Shown here piece by piece: positions 1 to 9,896 of a stretch of 64,000 nucleotides of DNA. Numbering within the stretch: the stretch's first letter is position 1; each line of letters starts with the position of its first letter. A program made the translations under genes and the position numbers. The DNA comes from Brevibacterium sp. GTDB taxonomy: Bacteria; Actinomycetota; Actinomycetes; Actinomycetales; Brevibacteriaceae. The stretch is from the NCBI GenBank assembly GCA_030457025.1, contig JAKDSA010000001.1, positions 37,886 through 101,885 of the forward strand, in the 5' to 3' direction. The notes beneath the pieces were generated by a model. The model was not told the origin of the DNA, ran no database searches, and saw nothing but the letters and a program-made list of their open reading frames with translations.

Positions 1-359
1 TCGCCGACGCTGCAGTCGGGGGCGATGCGAAGAACGCGTTGAGTCTTCTGCGCCACGCATTGTCGACCGGTTCCGACCCGGTTCCGCTGGTTGCGGCGGT
101 CGCGATGAAACTGAGGTCGATGGCCAAGGTGCAGGGGTTCTCCGGCTCGAGTGGCGAACTCGCCTCGGAGCTGAAGATGGCTCCCTGGCAGGTCGACCGT
201 GCCAGGCGCGAGGTCCGGCGGTGGAACGAAGTCGCCTTGGGCCAGTCACTGATCGCCGCGGCCGAAGCCGATGAAGCCGTCAAAGGTGGAGGACGCGACC
301 CCGTCTATGCCGTCGAATGGTTCGTCTCCGAAGTCTGCCGTCTGGCCCGCCAGCGCTGA
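1..359 (+). CDS. holA: DNA polymerase III delta subunit, C-terminal part (5' end outside window)
   Basis: C-terminal pattern LASELKMAPWQVDRARR...AEADEAVKGGGRDPVYAVE; convergent with rpsT as usual in actinobacteria. Confidence 0.85.
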   Translation, partial: ADAAVGGDAKNALSLLRHALSTGSDPVPLVAAVAMKLRSMAKVQGFSGSSGELASELKMAPWQVDRARREVRRWNEVALGQSLIAAAEADEAVKGGGRDPVYAVEWFVSEVCRLARQR

Positions 360-371
360 GCGGTGAATGCA

Positions 372-405
372 CGAGGGGCCCGATCCGTTTGGATCGGGCC
401 CCTCG
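372..405. terminator. Hairpin between convergent holA and rpsT, likely bidirectional terminator
   Basis: Perfect 15-bp stem CGAGGGGCCCGATCC-GTTT-GGATCGGGCCCCTCG. Confidence 0.8.
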
Positions 406-428
406 CAGCTACAGCCTCAGCGATCGAC

Positions 429-689
429 TCAGAGAGCGTTGATCTGCGTGGCCATTCTCGACTTGTGGTTCGCAGCGTTGTTCCTGTGCAGAACGCGCTT
501 CGAAACAGCCTTGTCGAGCTTACGAGCGGCAACAGCATATGCCTGCTGTGCCTCTTCCTTCTTGCCGGCAGCAATGTTCTCGCGGACGACGCGAACGGAG
601 GAACGAACTTCGGTCCGCACAGCCTTGTTGCGCTGGCGAGCCTTCTCGTTGGTCTCGATCCGCTTGATCTGTGACTTGATATTAGCCAA
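429..689 (-). CDS. rpsT: 30S ribosomal protein S20
   Basis: ANIKSQIKRIETNEKARQRNKA...LDKAVSKRVLHRNNAANHKS; start placed at TTG 689. Confidence 0.97.
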   Translation of the reverse strand: MANIKSQIKRIETNEKARQRNKAVRTEVRSSVRVVRENIAAGKKEEAQQAYAVAARKLDKAVSKRVLHRNNAANHKSRMATQINAL

Positions 690-924
690 TTTCAACACTC
701 TTTCGTGTTAGTGGAGCATGGTCGTGAGGGCACATCTGACCGACATACTCATCTCCGCGGGGAAACACATCGATGATATCGAGTCCGATGGCATCTTCAC
801 CCGACCTCGGCGAGACACACGCCTTTGATGAAGATACTCAGCCAACGATACAGGCTGATTCCATCAGGCAGAAATTCTCGACTCCCGGTCTCAGCTCGGG
901 CTTGGGACCAACCCGGGCCCGGGG

Positions 925-1506
925 TCAGCCTGCGTCGAGGTTCTTCGCGACCTGCTCGAAGATCTCGCGGGGCATGACCGAGCCTTCGCGACGGATGGAT
1001 TGGGGATCGAGGCGGATCACCCGATCGAGGCGGACCTCGGAGGGCCTGCCCTGGGAGTCCCAGTCCCCGCTGCCGACATTCATCCACCGGGCGTAGCGGT
1101 CTTCGCGCACCTCGCCGACTCCACCCGGAATATGGTCCTTGCTGGTGAGCATCAGTGCCAGCACCCAGCGACCGTCCTTGCCGACGATCAGGGAGGGGCG
1201 GTCCTTGCCCTGGGAATGGTCCTCTTCGTAGGGCACCCAGCCCCAGACGACCTCACCCGGATCGGCATCGCCGTCGAGGTCGGGTGCATAGGAGACGTTG
1301 ACCGCGCCGCGGTAGTCGCCCGGATAGTGACCGTCCTTCGCCGAGGTGGTGCCGCTTGACCGAGCATCTCCCTGAGGGGGACTGCTGGGACGGGGCCCTG
1401 GACCCCGCGAGTCCGCCTTCTTCTTCGCCTGTGATTCCCTGAGGAACTTGAAGCCTTCTCTGACGCCGATCCTAGCGACGCGACTGACCAGTGATTTCCA
1501 ACTCAT
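925..1506 (-). CDS. PemK/MazF-like family protein (actinobacterial lepA-linked type)
   Basis: PGEVVWGWVPYEED...GKDRPSLIV...LALMLTSK...SEVRLDRVIRL matches PemK-fold pattern; start ATG 1506 (alt TTG 1515). Confidence 0.8.
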   Translation of the reverse strand: MSWKSLVSRVARIGVREGFKFLRESQAKKKADSRGPGPRPSSPPQGDARSSGTTSAKDGHYPGDYRGAVNVSYAPDLDGDADPGEVVWGWVPYEEDHSQGKDRPSLIVGKDGRWVLALMLTSKDHIPGGVGEVREDRYARWMNVGSGDWDSQGRPSEVRLDRVIRLDPQSIRREGSVMPREIFEQVAKNLDAG

Positions 1507-1517
1507 GTGCGCCAATC

Positions 1518-2285
1518 CTAATGGACGTAGCGCAGAACTGCTTCGACGGGGAAGTGGTCGGAGGGGTACGAGCCCTGCTCGGAGAAGGTGTTGATCCGTG
1601 TGGATACGGTGCGCAGGCCAGGCGAGGTCAGGATCCAGTCGATGCGTGGGTCCCCGTCCTTCGGCCCCCTGTACCGGTGGAAGGTGCCGATGTTCTCACT
1701 GGGCACGAGCGCCCCGGTGTCCGTGAGTCCCAGCTCGGTGCAGAAATAGTCGTAGACGGGGGAGCCGGTGGCGACATTGAAGTCGCCGGTGACGACGGAC
1801 GGGCCGCTCGCCTCGGCGAGGTGCTGGGCCATGATCTTCCCAGATTTCAAGCGGGCCTGCTCGGACTTGTGATCGAGGTGCGTATTGAGCAGTCGCAGCG
1901 GATGTCCCGTGACCAGATCGCGAAAATCGACGACTGTGAGGGTTCGGGCGTGGGAGACGCCCCAGGATTCGGACGCGACGGTCTCCGGCTGTTCCGACAG
2001 CCAGCTGATGTCCACAGCGACGACGTCGAAGCGCGACGAGTCGTAGATGACGGCGGTGAACTCACCTGAATTGCCGCCCGCATGGCCCTCACCCAACCAG
2101 ATGTATTCATCGGGAAGCAGGCTGATGAGCGTCTCGAGCTGATCGAGCTCACCCTCCTGCGTGCCGATGATGTGAGGGTGAGCCTCAGCAATCAGATCGG
2201 CGGTGATGGGCAGCCGCTTGGCCACGGGGTGTCCGTCCAGCGCGGGATACCTGAGGTTGAAGGTCATGATCGAGAAGTCGCTCAT
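1518..2285 (-). CDS. Endonuclease/exonuclease/phosphatase (EEP) family protein
   Basis: Motifs MTFNLR, IIGTQE, NTHLDH, VTGDFN, RIDWIL, SDHFPV; start ATG 2285 (alt 2381). Confidence 0.9.
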   Translation of the reverse strand: MSDFSIMTFNLRYPALDGHPVAKRLPITADLIAEAHPHIIGTQEGELDQLETLISLLPDEYIWLGEGHAGGNSGEFTAVIYDSSRFDVVAVDISWLSEQPETVASESWGVSHARTLTVVDFRDLVTGHPLRLLNTHLDHKSEQARLKSGKIMAQHLAEASGPSVVTGDFNVATGSPVYDYFCTELGLTDTGALVPSENIGTFHRYRGPKDGDPRIDWILTSPGLRTVSTRINTFSEQGSYPSDHFPVEAVLRYVH

Positions 2286-2458
2286 GGTCCAATCTTCGCC
2301 GATCAGTGTCGAAAGCGGGGGGTCGGGGTCAGGATCGTCAGGGAGTTCGAATGGGGTCGAAGATGCGTCGCCCGTATGCATCGGGGCGCGGAGGATTCCA
2401 GTCTGGTGCGCAACCCATGGAACAATGGAAGTTCTGGTCTGTCGAAGGAAGGGCGTTC

Positions 2459-4330
2459 ATGTCACCTCAGGTGAAGCCGCAAGCACTCGAACGGATTTCG
2501 CCGTCCGCTACATCACCCGAGTTGATCCGCAATTTCTGCATCATCGCACATATCGATCACGGCAAGTCGACGCTGGCTGACAGGATGCTCCAGGTCACCG
2601 GGGCAGTCCAACCGCGCGATATGCGAGCTCAGTACCTCGACCGGATGGACATCGAACGCGAACGCGGAATCACGATCAAATCCCAAGCCGTGCGGATGGC
2701 GTGGGAGAACGAGGGTGCTCCCTACGCGCTGAACATGATCGACACCCCGGGACACGTCGACTTCAGCTACGAGGTCTCCCGGTCACTTGCCGCCTGCGAG
2801 GGAGCCCTGCTTCTCGTCGACGCCGCACAGGGCATCGAAGCCCAGACTCTGGCCAACCTCTACATGGCCATGGAGAACGATCTGACGATCATTCCCGTCC
2901 TCAACAAGATCGACCTGCCCGCCGCACAGCCCGAGAAATACGCGGAGGAGCTCGCCAACCTCATCGGCTGCGAACCTGAGGACTGCCTGCTCGTGTCGGG
3001 CAAGACCGGCGAAGGCGTCGAAGACGTTCTCGACCGCATCGTCTCGGACATTCCTGGCCCTGTCGGCGATGCCGATGCTCCGGCGCGGGCCATGATCTTC
3101 GACTCCGTGTACGACACGTACCGCGGCGTTGTGACGTACGTCCGCCTCGTCGACGGTGCGCTGCATCCCCGTGAGAAGCTGACGATGATGTCGACCGGCA
3201 GCACCCACGAACTCCTCGAAATCGGCGTCTCCTCACCGGAGCCGCACGCCACAAAGGGACTCGGAGTCGGTGAAGTCGGTTACCTCATCACCGGTGTCAA
3301 GGATGTTCGCCTGTCCAAGGTCGGTGACACTGTCACTTCGGCGTCGAAGCCTGCCGAGCAGGCGCTCGAAGGTTACCTGGAGCCCAAGCCCATGGTGTAC
3401 TCCGGTCTCTTCCCGATCGATGGATCCGACTATCCCGTGCTGCGCGACGCCCTCGACAAGGTCAAGCTCAACGATGCCTCGCTGGCCTATGAGCCGGAGA
3501 CCTCGACAGCGCTGGGCTTCGGCTTCCGCTGCGGCTTCCTCGGTCTGCTCCACCTCGAGGTCCTGCGGGACCGCCTAGAACGCGAGTACGACCTCGATCT
3601 CATCTCCACCGCGCCCAGCGTGATCTACGACGTCACCTTGGAAGACGGAACGGAGATGGAGGTGACGAACCCGAGCGAGTACCCAACTGGCAAGATCAAA
3701 GAGGTCAGGGAGCCCATGGTCCGGGCCACCATCCTCACCCCGAGCGAGCACATCGGCGCGGTGATGGAACTGTGCCAGACGCGTCGCGGCAACCTTCTGG
3801 GCATGGACTACCTGTCCTCGGACCGGGTCGAGATCCGGTACCGACTGCCCCTGGCCGAGATCGTGTTCGACTTCTTCGACCAGCTGAAGTCGAAGACCAA
3901 GGGCTATGCGACTCTCGACTACTCCGACGACGGCGAAGACGCGGCGGACCTGGTCAAGGTCGACATCCTTCTCACCGGTGATCAGGTCGACGCATTCTCC
4001 GCGATCGTCCACCGCGACAACGCGTATTCCTACGGTGTTCTCATGGCCGGCAAACTGCGCAAGCTGATTCCGCGCCAGCAGTTCGAGGTTCCGATCCAGG
4101 CTGCCATCGGTTCGCGCATCATCGCTCGCGAGACGATCCGGGCCATCCGCAAGGATGTGCTGAGCAAGTGCTACGGCGGCGACATCAGCCGCAAGCGCAA
4201 ACTGCTCGAGAAGCAGAAGGAGGGCAAGAAGCGGATGAAGACAGTCGGCAGCGTCGAAGTGCCGCAGGAGGCCTTCATCGCCGCTCTGTCCTCCGATGAG
4301 CCAGAGACCAAGAAGGAATCCAAGAAGTAA
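2459..4330 (+). CDS. lepA: Elongation factor 4 (LepA)
   Basis: [53 protein letters not shown]; RBS AAGGAAGG before ATG 2459. Confidence 0.98.
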   Translation: MSPQVKPQALERISPSATSPELIRNFCIIAHIDHGKSTLADRMLQVTGAVQPRDMRAQYLDRMDIERERGITIKSQAVRMAWENEGAPYALNMIDTPGHVDFSYEVSRSLAACEGALLLVDAAQGIEAQTLANLYMAMENDLTIIPVLNKIDLPAAQPEKYAEELANLIGCEPEDCLLVSGKTGEGVEDVLDRIVSDIPGPVGDADAPARAMIFDSVYDTYRGVVTYVRLVDGALHPREKLTMMSTGSTHELLEIGVSSPEPHATKGLGVGEVGYLITGVKDVRLSKVGDTVTSASKPAEQALEGYLEPKPMVYSGLFPIDGSDYPVLRDALDKVKLNDASLAYEPETSTALGFGFRCGFLGLLHLEVLRDRLEREYDLDLISTAPSVIYDVTLEDGTEMEVTNPSEYPTGKIKEVREPMVRATILTPSEHIGAVMELCQTRRGNLLGMDYLSSDRVEIRYRLPLAEIVFDFFDQLKSKTKGYATLDYSDDGEDAADLVKVDILLTGDQVDAFSAIVHRDNAYSYGVLMAGKLRKLIPRQQFEVPIQAAIGSRIIARETIRAIRKDVLSKCYGGDISRKRKLLEKQKEGKKRMKTVGSVEVPQEAFIAALSSDEPETKKESKK

Positions 4331-5560
4331 GTGCCGACACAACCGACTGGTGAGACTCCACCGCTCGACGGTGCGCTGCCGGCCTCGGCCGGGGTCGGCG
4401 CGGACGATCGCGGGCTGAGTCTCTACGTCCACGTTCCGTACTGTCGAGTCCGCTGCGGATACTGCGACTTCAACACCTACACGGCAGAGGATCTGGGCCC
4501 CGGTGCCTCCCGTGACGACTACCGCAGCAATCTTGCCCGGGAGCTCGACCTGTCAGCCCGCGTCCTCGCCGAGGTGGGCGCGGGCGACCGCGTAGTGACG
4601 ACGATCTTCTTCGGCGGGGGAACGCCGACCCTGCTGGCCGCCGAGGTGCTGGCCGGGGTGATGGACGACATCCGAGACCGCTATCGGCTGGCACCGGACG
4701 TCGAGATCACGACCGAAGCAAACCCCGACACATTGGACCCGACCTATATCGCGACGCTCGCGGCCGCCGGATTCAACCGGATCTCCTTGGGCATGCAGTC
4801 GGCCGTGCCCCACGTGCTGGCGACCCTGGATCGGACACACGACCCGGCTAAGATCCCTGATGTGGCGAGGTGGATCAAAGAGGCTGGTCTGGAGCTCAGC
4901 CTCGACCTCATCTACGGCACACCAGGGGAATCGATCGATGATTGGCGCCGGTCACTGGACGTGGCGCTGAGCAACGACGTCGACCACATCTCAGCGTATT
5001 CGCTCATCGTCGAGCCCGGCACGAAAATGGGGGCGATGGTTCGCCGCGGAGAGCTGTCGATGCCCGACGAAGACGACCTGGCCGACAAGTACGAGATTGC
5101 CGATGCCGCTTTGGCCGCCGCCGGTCTCAGCTGGTACGAGGTCAGCAATTGGTCGACCTCTGCCGAGACCCGCTGCGACCACAACATGGCCTACTGGCGC
5201 AACGCCGACTGGTGGGGCTTCGGTCCCGGCGCCCACTCGCACATCGGCGGAGTGCGGTTCTGGAACGCCAAGCACCCCCGCGCATGGTCCGACCGATTGC
5301 TTGCCGGTGATTCACCGGCCGTCGGTCGTGAGGTGCTGGGGGAGTCGACGCAGGAGATCGAACGGATCATGCTCGCTGCTCGCATCGATTCGGAGCTGCG
5401 CCTCGACTCGCTGGGCCAGGGCAGCGACGCGGCAATCAGGGCATTCGTCAAGCAAGGTCTTCTCGATGCGTCTGCTGTCGACGAAGGTCGGTTCGAACCC
5501 ACACTGCAAGGTCGGCTGATGGCCGACTACATGGTCCGCATCCTCACCGACTACGTCTGA
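4331..5560 (+). CDS. hemW: Radical SAM heme chaperone HemW
   Basis: LYVHVPYCRVRCGYCDFN, FFGGGTPT, HNMAYW; abuts lepA. Confidence 0.92.
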   Translation: MPTQPTGETPPLDGALPASAGVGADDRGLSLYVHVPYCRVRCGYCDFNTYTAEDLGPGASRDDYRSNLARELDLSARVLAEVGAGDRVVTTIFFGGGTPTLLAAEVLAGVMDDIRDRYRLAPDVEITTEANPDTLDPTYIATLAAAGFNRISLGMQSAVPHVLATLDRTHDPAKIPDVARWIKEAGLELSLDLIYGTPGESIDDWRRSLDVALSNDVDHISAYSLIVEPGTKMGAMVRRGELSMPDEDDLADKYEIADAALAAAGLSWYEVSNWSTSAETRCDHNMAYWRNADWWGFGPGAHSHIGGVRFWNAKHPRAWSDRLLAGDSPAVGREVLGESTQEIERIMLAARIDSELRLDSLGQGSDAAIRAFVKQGLLDASAVDEGRFEPTLQGRLMADYMVRILTDYV

Positions 5561-5654
5561 ACCTGACTCCTCCATCCGATCTGGGGCAGTGTGATCTGAG
5601 TCGACGGCAGGGAGCACCTGCGCGTGCCGCCCGCGGCACCCACCAGGGACGCAG

Positions 5655-5692
5655 AGAAGCCGCTGTCATCGAATGCGATGACAGCGGCTTCT
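5655..5692. terminator. Hairpin between convergent hemW and DUF4870 gene
   Basis: Perfect 17-bp stem AGAAGCCGCTGTCATCG-AATG-CGATGACAGCGGCTTCT. Confidence 0.8.
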
Positions 5693-5749
5693 GTCTGCCC
5701 GGGGACGGCTCAGTTCATGTGACGTGCGTGATCACCTGAGGTGTTCAGA

Positions 5750-6511
5750 TCACTTCACGAACTCGAAGACGAGCGGGAACTTATAGCCCTCACCCTTGTT
5801 CCCGGCGACGGCGGCGATGATGTAGAGCACCACATAGACGAGTGGGACGAGGAACGCAAAGAAATAGACGAAGAAGCCGAGGCCGAAGGTGACTATGGCG
5901 AGGGCGAATCCGATGACCATGAAGACGATGACTGCCACGAAGGTGGCTATGTAATTCGTGATCATAGCGTTGAGGCCCTGCCGGGAATGTTCGCGCACGT
6001 AGGGCGACTCGTCCTTCTTCACGAGGAACATGATGAGGGGGAGGAATCCTACGAAGATCGATCCGATGTGTGTCCACAGGACCGTGGTTCTTTCGCTCTC
6101 GTTGGCCTGCCAGAACACCTCGGAGCCGGGACCATAGGCATTCTCCGGCAGCATCTGCGAATTGAACATCGCCGGATTTCCGACAGGCTGCGCCGGACCG
6201 TAGCTATGGGGCGGCTGGCCGTAGGGCTGCTGCGCGTACTGTTGCTGGGCGTACTGTTGCTGGGAGCCATAGGGCTGCTGGGAGCCATAGGGCTGCTGGG
6301 AACCGTAGGGTTGCTGGTTCGGCTGCTGCGAACCGAAATGCTGTTGGGGATACTGATTCTGCTGAGCGCCGTAGCCCGGCTGGCCCGGTTGCTGAGAGGC
6401 GTAGTTCTGCTGGCTGTATGGCTGTTGTGGTCCAGAGGCCTGAGAGTAGTTCGGTGGCATGGGACGCGACTGGTCAGCGCCGTTGTTGGGCGTCTGGGGG
6501 TTATAAGACAT
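5750..6511 (-). CDS. DUF4870-like membrane protein with Q/Y/G/P-rich N-terminal tail
   Basis: ERTTVLWTH...PLIMFLVKKDESPYVREHSRQGLN...GEGYKFPL; RBS AAGGA before ATG. Confidence 0.8.
   Translation of the reverse strand: MSYNPQTPNNGADQSRPMPPNYSQASGPQQPYSQQNYASQQPGQPGYGAQQNQYPQQHFGSQQPNQQPYGSQQPYGSQQPYGSQQQYAQQQYAQQPYGQPPHSYGPAQPVGNPAMFNSQMLPENAYGPGSEVFWQANESERTTVLWTHIGSIFVGFLPLIMFLVKKDESPYVREHSRQGLNAMITNYIATFVAVIVFMVIGFALAIVTFGLGFFVYFFAFLVPLVYVVLYIIAAVAGNKGEGYKFPLVFEFVK
6234..6311 (-). repeat. Coding tandem repeats: 3 x 18 bp (QQPYGS) and 2 x 15 bp (QQQYA)
   Basis: TGCTGGGAGCCATAGGGC at 6258 and 6276, variant at 6294; GCGTACTGTTGCTGG at 6234 and 6249. Confidence 0.85.
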
Positions 6512-6618
6512 GCGAGTCCTTTCAGAGCTTCTGGGTATTCACCTTAGTAGAAATGCCACCGAGCCGAATTGAGGAAAGCCCTAATGCTGTAGCAGATCGA
6601 TCACATTCGCCCACAGCC

Positions 6619-7476
6619 TCAGCCGACCGTGACGAAGTCGATGAGCTCTTCGACCCGACCCGACAGAGTGGGTTCGACATCGGCGATGGTGCTGACCTTG
6701 CCCAGAATGCGCACCCAAGCTCTGGCCACGTCCCTGTGATCGGCATGCGGCCAACCGATGCGCGCCAGGATTCCTGTCTTCCAATCCTCACCCCGAGGCA
6801 CGACAGGCCATTGCCTGATTCCGACGACATGGGGCTTGACCGCCTGCCAGATGTCGACATAAGGGTGGCCGATGATGTGGACGACGTCGCGGTAGCGCGA
6901 GTCGGCACGCACCGCCTCGGCGATCTTGGACTCTTTGGTGCCGGACACGAGATGGTCGGCGAGGACCCCGACACGGTGATCCTTGTCCGGACCGAATGCG
7001 GCGAGCTTGTCGGCGACGTCGTCCAGGCCGCCCAGCGGTTCGACGACGACGCCCTCGATGCGCAGATCGTCGCCCCAGATCTTCTCGACCAGCTCCGCAT
7101 CATGTTTGCCCTCGACCCAGATGCGAGACCCTCGGGCCACCCGCGCCTTCGAGCCTGCGACCGCCCGCGACCCTGAAGCCGTGCGTCTGGGAGCCGATTT
7201 CTGCTTGGCCGGCAGTTTGATGTCGACGGGTCTGCCCTCGAGCAGGAAGCCGGGACCCAGGGGGAATGCACGGACCTTGCCCGCGCGGTCCTCAAGGTTG
7301 ACCACGATTCCCGCGGTGGTCTTCTCAGCGCCGACGACGGCACCGACATACCCGCTCATCGCGTCTTCGAGGACCATTCCGAGCCCCAGTTCGACGGGTG
7401 TGGACTTCTTGGGCCGGTGCGAGGAGGGTGAAGAGCCTGCCAGCACATCGGGCCCGTAGCGATCAAAGGTATTCAC
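6619..7476 (-). CDS. DUF3097 family protein (TOPRIM-like C-terminal region)
   Basis: DRYGPDVL N-terminus, [39 protein letters not shown]; divergent from hrcA; start GTG 7476. Confidence 0.8.
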   Translation of the reverse strand: MNTFDRYGPDVLAGSSPSSHRPKKSTPVELGLGMVLEDAMSGYVGAVVGAEKTTAGIVVNLEDRAGKVRAFPLGPGFLLEGRPVDIKLPAKQKSAPRRTASGSRAVAGSKARVARGSRIWVEGKHDAELVEKIWGDDLRIEGVVVEPLGGLDDVADKLAAFGPDKDHRVGVLADHLVSGTKESKIAEAVRADSRYRDVVHIIGHPYVDIWQAVKPHVVGIRQWPVVPRGEDWKTGILARIGWPHADHRDVARAWVRILGKVSTIADVEPTLSGRVEELIDFVTVG

Positions 7477-7563
7477 GGTCAACCACCTTAACCAAGGTCT
7501 CGGCGCGATGGACGATGACCCGCTGGGACAGGGGGTGAAAGTGAAATCGGAATGCAAGAGGCG

Positions 7564-7595
7564 TAGAATTGGCACTCACTCAAGATGAGTGCCAA
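7564..7595 (+). promoter_or_regulatory. CIRCE operator (HrcA site) overlapping a -10 element
   Basis: TTGGCACTC-N9-GAGTGCCAA at 7569-7595, perfect inverted repeat; TAGAAT at 7564-7569; directly upstream of hrcA. Confidence 0.92.
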
Positions 7596-7624
7596 ACGCA
7601 GGGCCGAACGCAGGGAGGAGACGA

Positions 7625-8695
7625 ATGAACGACAGCAGGCGAGCACAGGTTCTGCGTGCGATCGTCGAAGACTTCGTCGCCACCAACGAGCCTGTCGGGT
7701 CGAAGGCCATCGTGCAACGCCACACGCTCGGCGTCTCACCAGCGACGATCCGCAACGATATGGCCCACCTCGAACAGGAGGGCTACATTGCGCAGCCCCA
7801 CACCTCGGCCGGCCGCATCCCGACCGACCTCGGGTATCGGATGTTCGTTGACCGCATCGATGACTTCAAGCCGCTCACATATGCTGAGCGGCGCGCGGTC
7901 TTCCAACTCATCGATGGCAACGGGGATCTCGACGATATGCTCGACCGCACCGTGCGAGTGCTCTCCGGTCTGACCCACCAGGTGGCGCTGATCCAGTACC
8001 CGAGCGTATCTCTGGCCACGATCAAGCACATCGAGGTCGTGGGGTTGGGGGCCAACCGCATCCTCGTCGTCCTCATCACCGACGCAGGTCAGGTCGAACA
8101 GAAGATTGTGCTCACGCCAGGCTCCGTTGACGACGAGGCGCTGCGCGGAATCCGCGATGAGGTCAACACCGAATTCGCCGGTCAGAAATTGTCTCGCGTG
8201 ATGGGTACGATCACGCCCAGCGCCGCGACTCAGAACGTGGACGGCACCCCTCCGAGCTCTGTGACGGAGCCCGGCCCAGTCGGAACGGACCTCGCCGCGG
8301 CGCTGACGCAAGTCCGCTCCGCTGTCACAGATCTCGTCATGACGACGCGTGAAGAGCGCATCATTATGGCAGGGACAGCGAACCTGGCTCGCTCCGGCAG
8401 GGAGTTCGGTGAGAAGATGGCACCGATCCTCGAAGCCTTCGAAGAGCAGGTCGTACTGCTCAAGCTCTTGACATCGATGGCAGAGGACCAGGACGAGATC
8501 AGCGTTCGGATCGGTCGTGAGAATACTCACGAGTCGTTCAGCTCGACATCGCTCGTAGCCGCCGAATATGGTCATGATGCGGGGCCCTCCGCGCGGTTGG
8601 CCGTGCTCGGGCCGACTCGGATGGACTATCCGACCACGATCTCAGCTGTGCGGGCCGTGGCAAAGTACGTCTCCTCCGTCCTTGATCAGAGCTAG
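7625..8695 (+). CDS. hrcA: Heat-inducible transcription repressor HrcA
   Basis: EPVGSK, VSPATIRNDMAHLEQEGYIAQPHTSAGRIPTDLGYR, GPTRMDY; RBS GGAGGAG before ATG 7625. Confidence 0.97.
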   Translation: MNDSRRAQVLRAIVEDFVATNEPVGSKAIVQRHTLGVSPATIRNDMAHLEQEGYIAQPHTSAGRIPTDLGYRMFVDRIDDFKPLTYAERRAVFQLIDGNGDLDDMLDRTVRVLSGLTHQVALIQYPSVSLATIKHIEVVGLGANRILVVLITDAGQVEQKIVLTPGSVDDEALRGIRDEVNTEFAGQKLSRVMGTITPSAATQNVDGTPPSSVTEPGPVGTDLAAALTQVRSAVTDLVMTTREERIIMAGTANLARSGREFGEKMAPILEAFEEQVVLLKLLTSMAEDQDEISVRIGRENTHESFSSTSLVAAEYGHDAGPSARLAVLGPTRMDYPTTISAVRAVAKYVSSVLDQS

Positions 8696-8780
8696 ATGCA
8701 CCGACACGACAGCAAGCAGCGCAGCCCGAACAGGCACGACAACGCGAACAACCCACACCACCAGGGAGAGAGAAGTTTCT

Positions 8781-9896
8781 GTGGCCGATCACTATGAAAC
8801 ACTCGGAGTGTCCAAAGACGCTTCGGCGGCTGAAATCAAATCGTCGTACCGAAAGATGGCCCGGAAGTATCACCCCGATGTGAACCCCGGACACGAAGAC
8901 GAATTCAAAGCCATTTCCCTCGCCTACGACGTACTCTCCGATTCGGAGAAGCGACGGAACTACGACATGGGCGGCGGCGAGAACGGACAGGGCTTCCCTG
9001 CCGGTGGCGGCTTCGGCGGCTTCGGAGACATCTTTGAGACCTTCTTCGGCGGGGGCGCCGGGTCGGCCGGTGGTCCGATGCCGCGCACACAGCGCGGCAA
9101 GGACGCACTCGTCGGAGTCAACATCGACCTCGAGACCGCCGCGTTCGGCGGAAACATCGACCTCGACGTTGCGACCGCAGTGGTCTGCGACACCTGCTCG
9201 GGTGCCGGAACACAGCACGGAACCTCTGTCGAGACCTGCACGCTGTGTCACGGCGCCGGCAGCGTCCAGCGCATGACCCGGACTCTGCTGGGCCAGATGG
9301 TGACCAACCAGACATGTAACTCCTGCCACGGCTATGGCACCGTCATTCCCAACCCCTGCCTCAACTGCCAGGGCGACGGGCGCGTGCGCAAACAGCGGAC
9401 CATGAAGATCCGCATCCCCGCCGGAGTCTCCGACGGCACGCGCATCCAGCTCTCAGCCCAGGGCGAAGTGGGCCCCGGCGGCGGACCTGCCGGTGACCTC
9501 TTCGTCGAGGTCATGGTGGCCCGCCACGAAGTCTTCCAGCGCGACGGCGACAACCTGCGCGCCTCCGTCTCCGTGCCGATGACGGCAGCCGCACTCGGCG
9601 CCTCGATCCCGTTCGACACCTTCGACGGCTCTCAGGAGCTCTCGCTGGAACCGGGCATCCAGTCGGGCACCGTCGTCAAGCTTCCCGGGCTCGGCGCCAC
9701 CCGACTGCGTTCGGAGACCCGCGGCGACCTCCTCATCACGGTCGACGTGCTGACCCCGGACAAACTCGACGATGAGCAGAAGGATCTGCTGTCCCAGTTG
9801 GCGGCGCTGCGCGAGGAGGAGACCCCACGCGCTCAGATCACCACCCAGAATCGTGGCATGTTCTCCCGGATGCGTGAGAAGTTCGCCGGTCGGTGA
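8781..9896 (+). CDS. dnaJ: Chaperone DnaJ (DnaJ2 type)
   Basis: J-domain HPD, four CxxCxGxG zinc-finger repeats; start GTG 8781. Confidence 0.96.
   Translation: MADHYETLGVSKDASAAEIKSSYRKMARKYHPDVNPGHEDEFKAISLAYDVLSDSEKRRNYDMGGGENGQGFPAGGGFGGFGDIFETFFGGGAGSAGGPMPRTQRGKDALVGVNIDLETAAFGGNIDLDVATAVVCDTCSGAGTQHGTSVETCTLCHGAGSVQRMTRTLLGQMVTNQTCNSCHGYGTVIPNPCLNCQGDGRVRKQRTMKIRIPAGVSDGTRIQLSAQGEVGPGGGPAGDLFVEVMVARHEVFQRDGDNLRASVSVPMTAAALGASIPFDTFDGSQELSLEPGIQSGTVVKLPGLGATRLRSETRGDLLITVDVLTPDKLDDEQKDLLSQLAALREEETPRAQITTQNRGMFSRMREKFAGR

Noticed and set aside
7578-7584. ACTCAAG (HspR HAIR half-site) inside the CIRCE spacer
   Set aside because: The matching CTTGAGT half is missing at the required spacing
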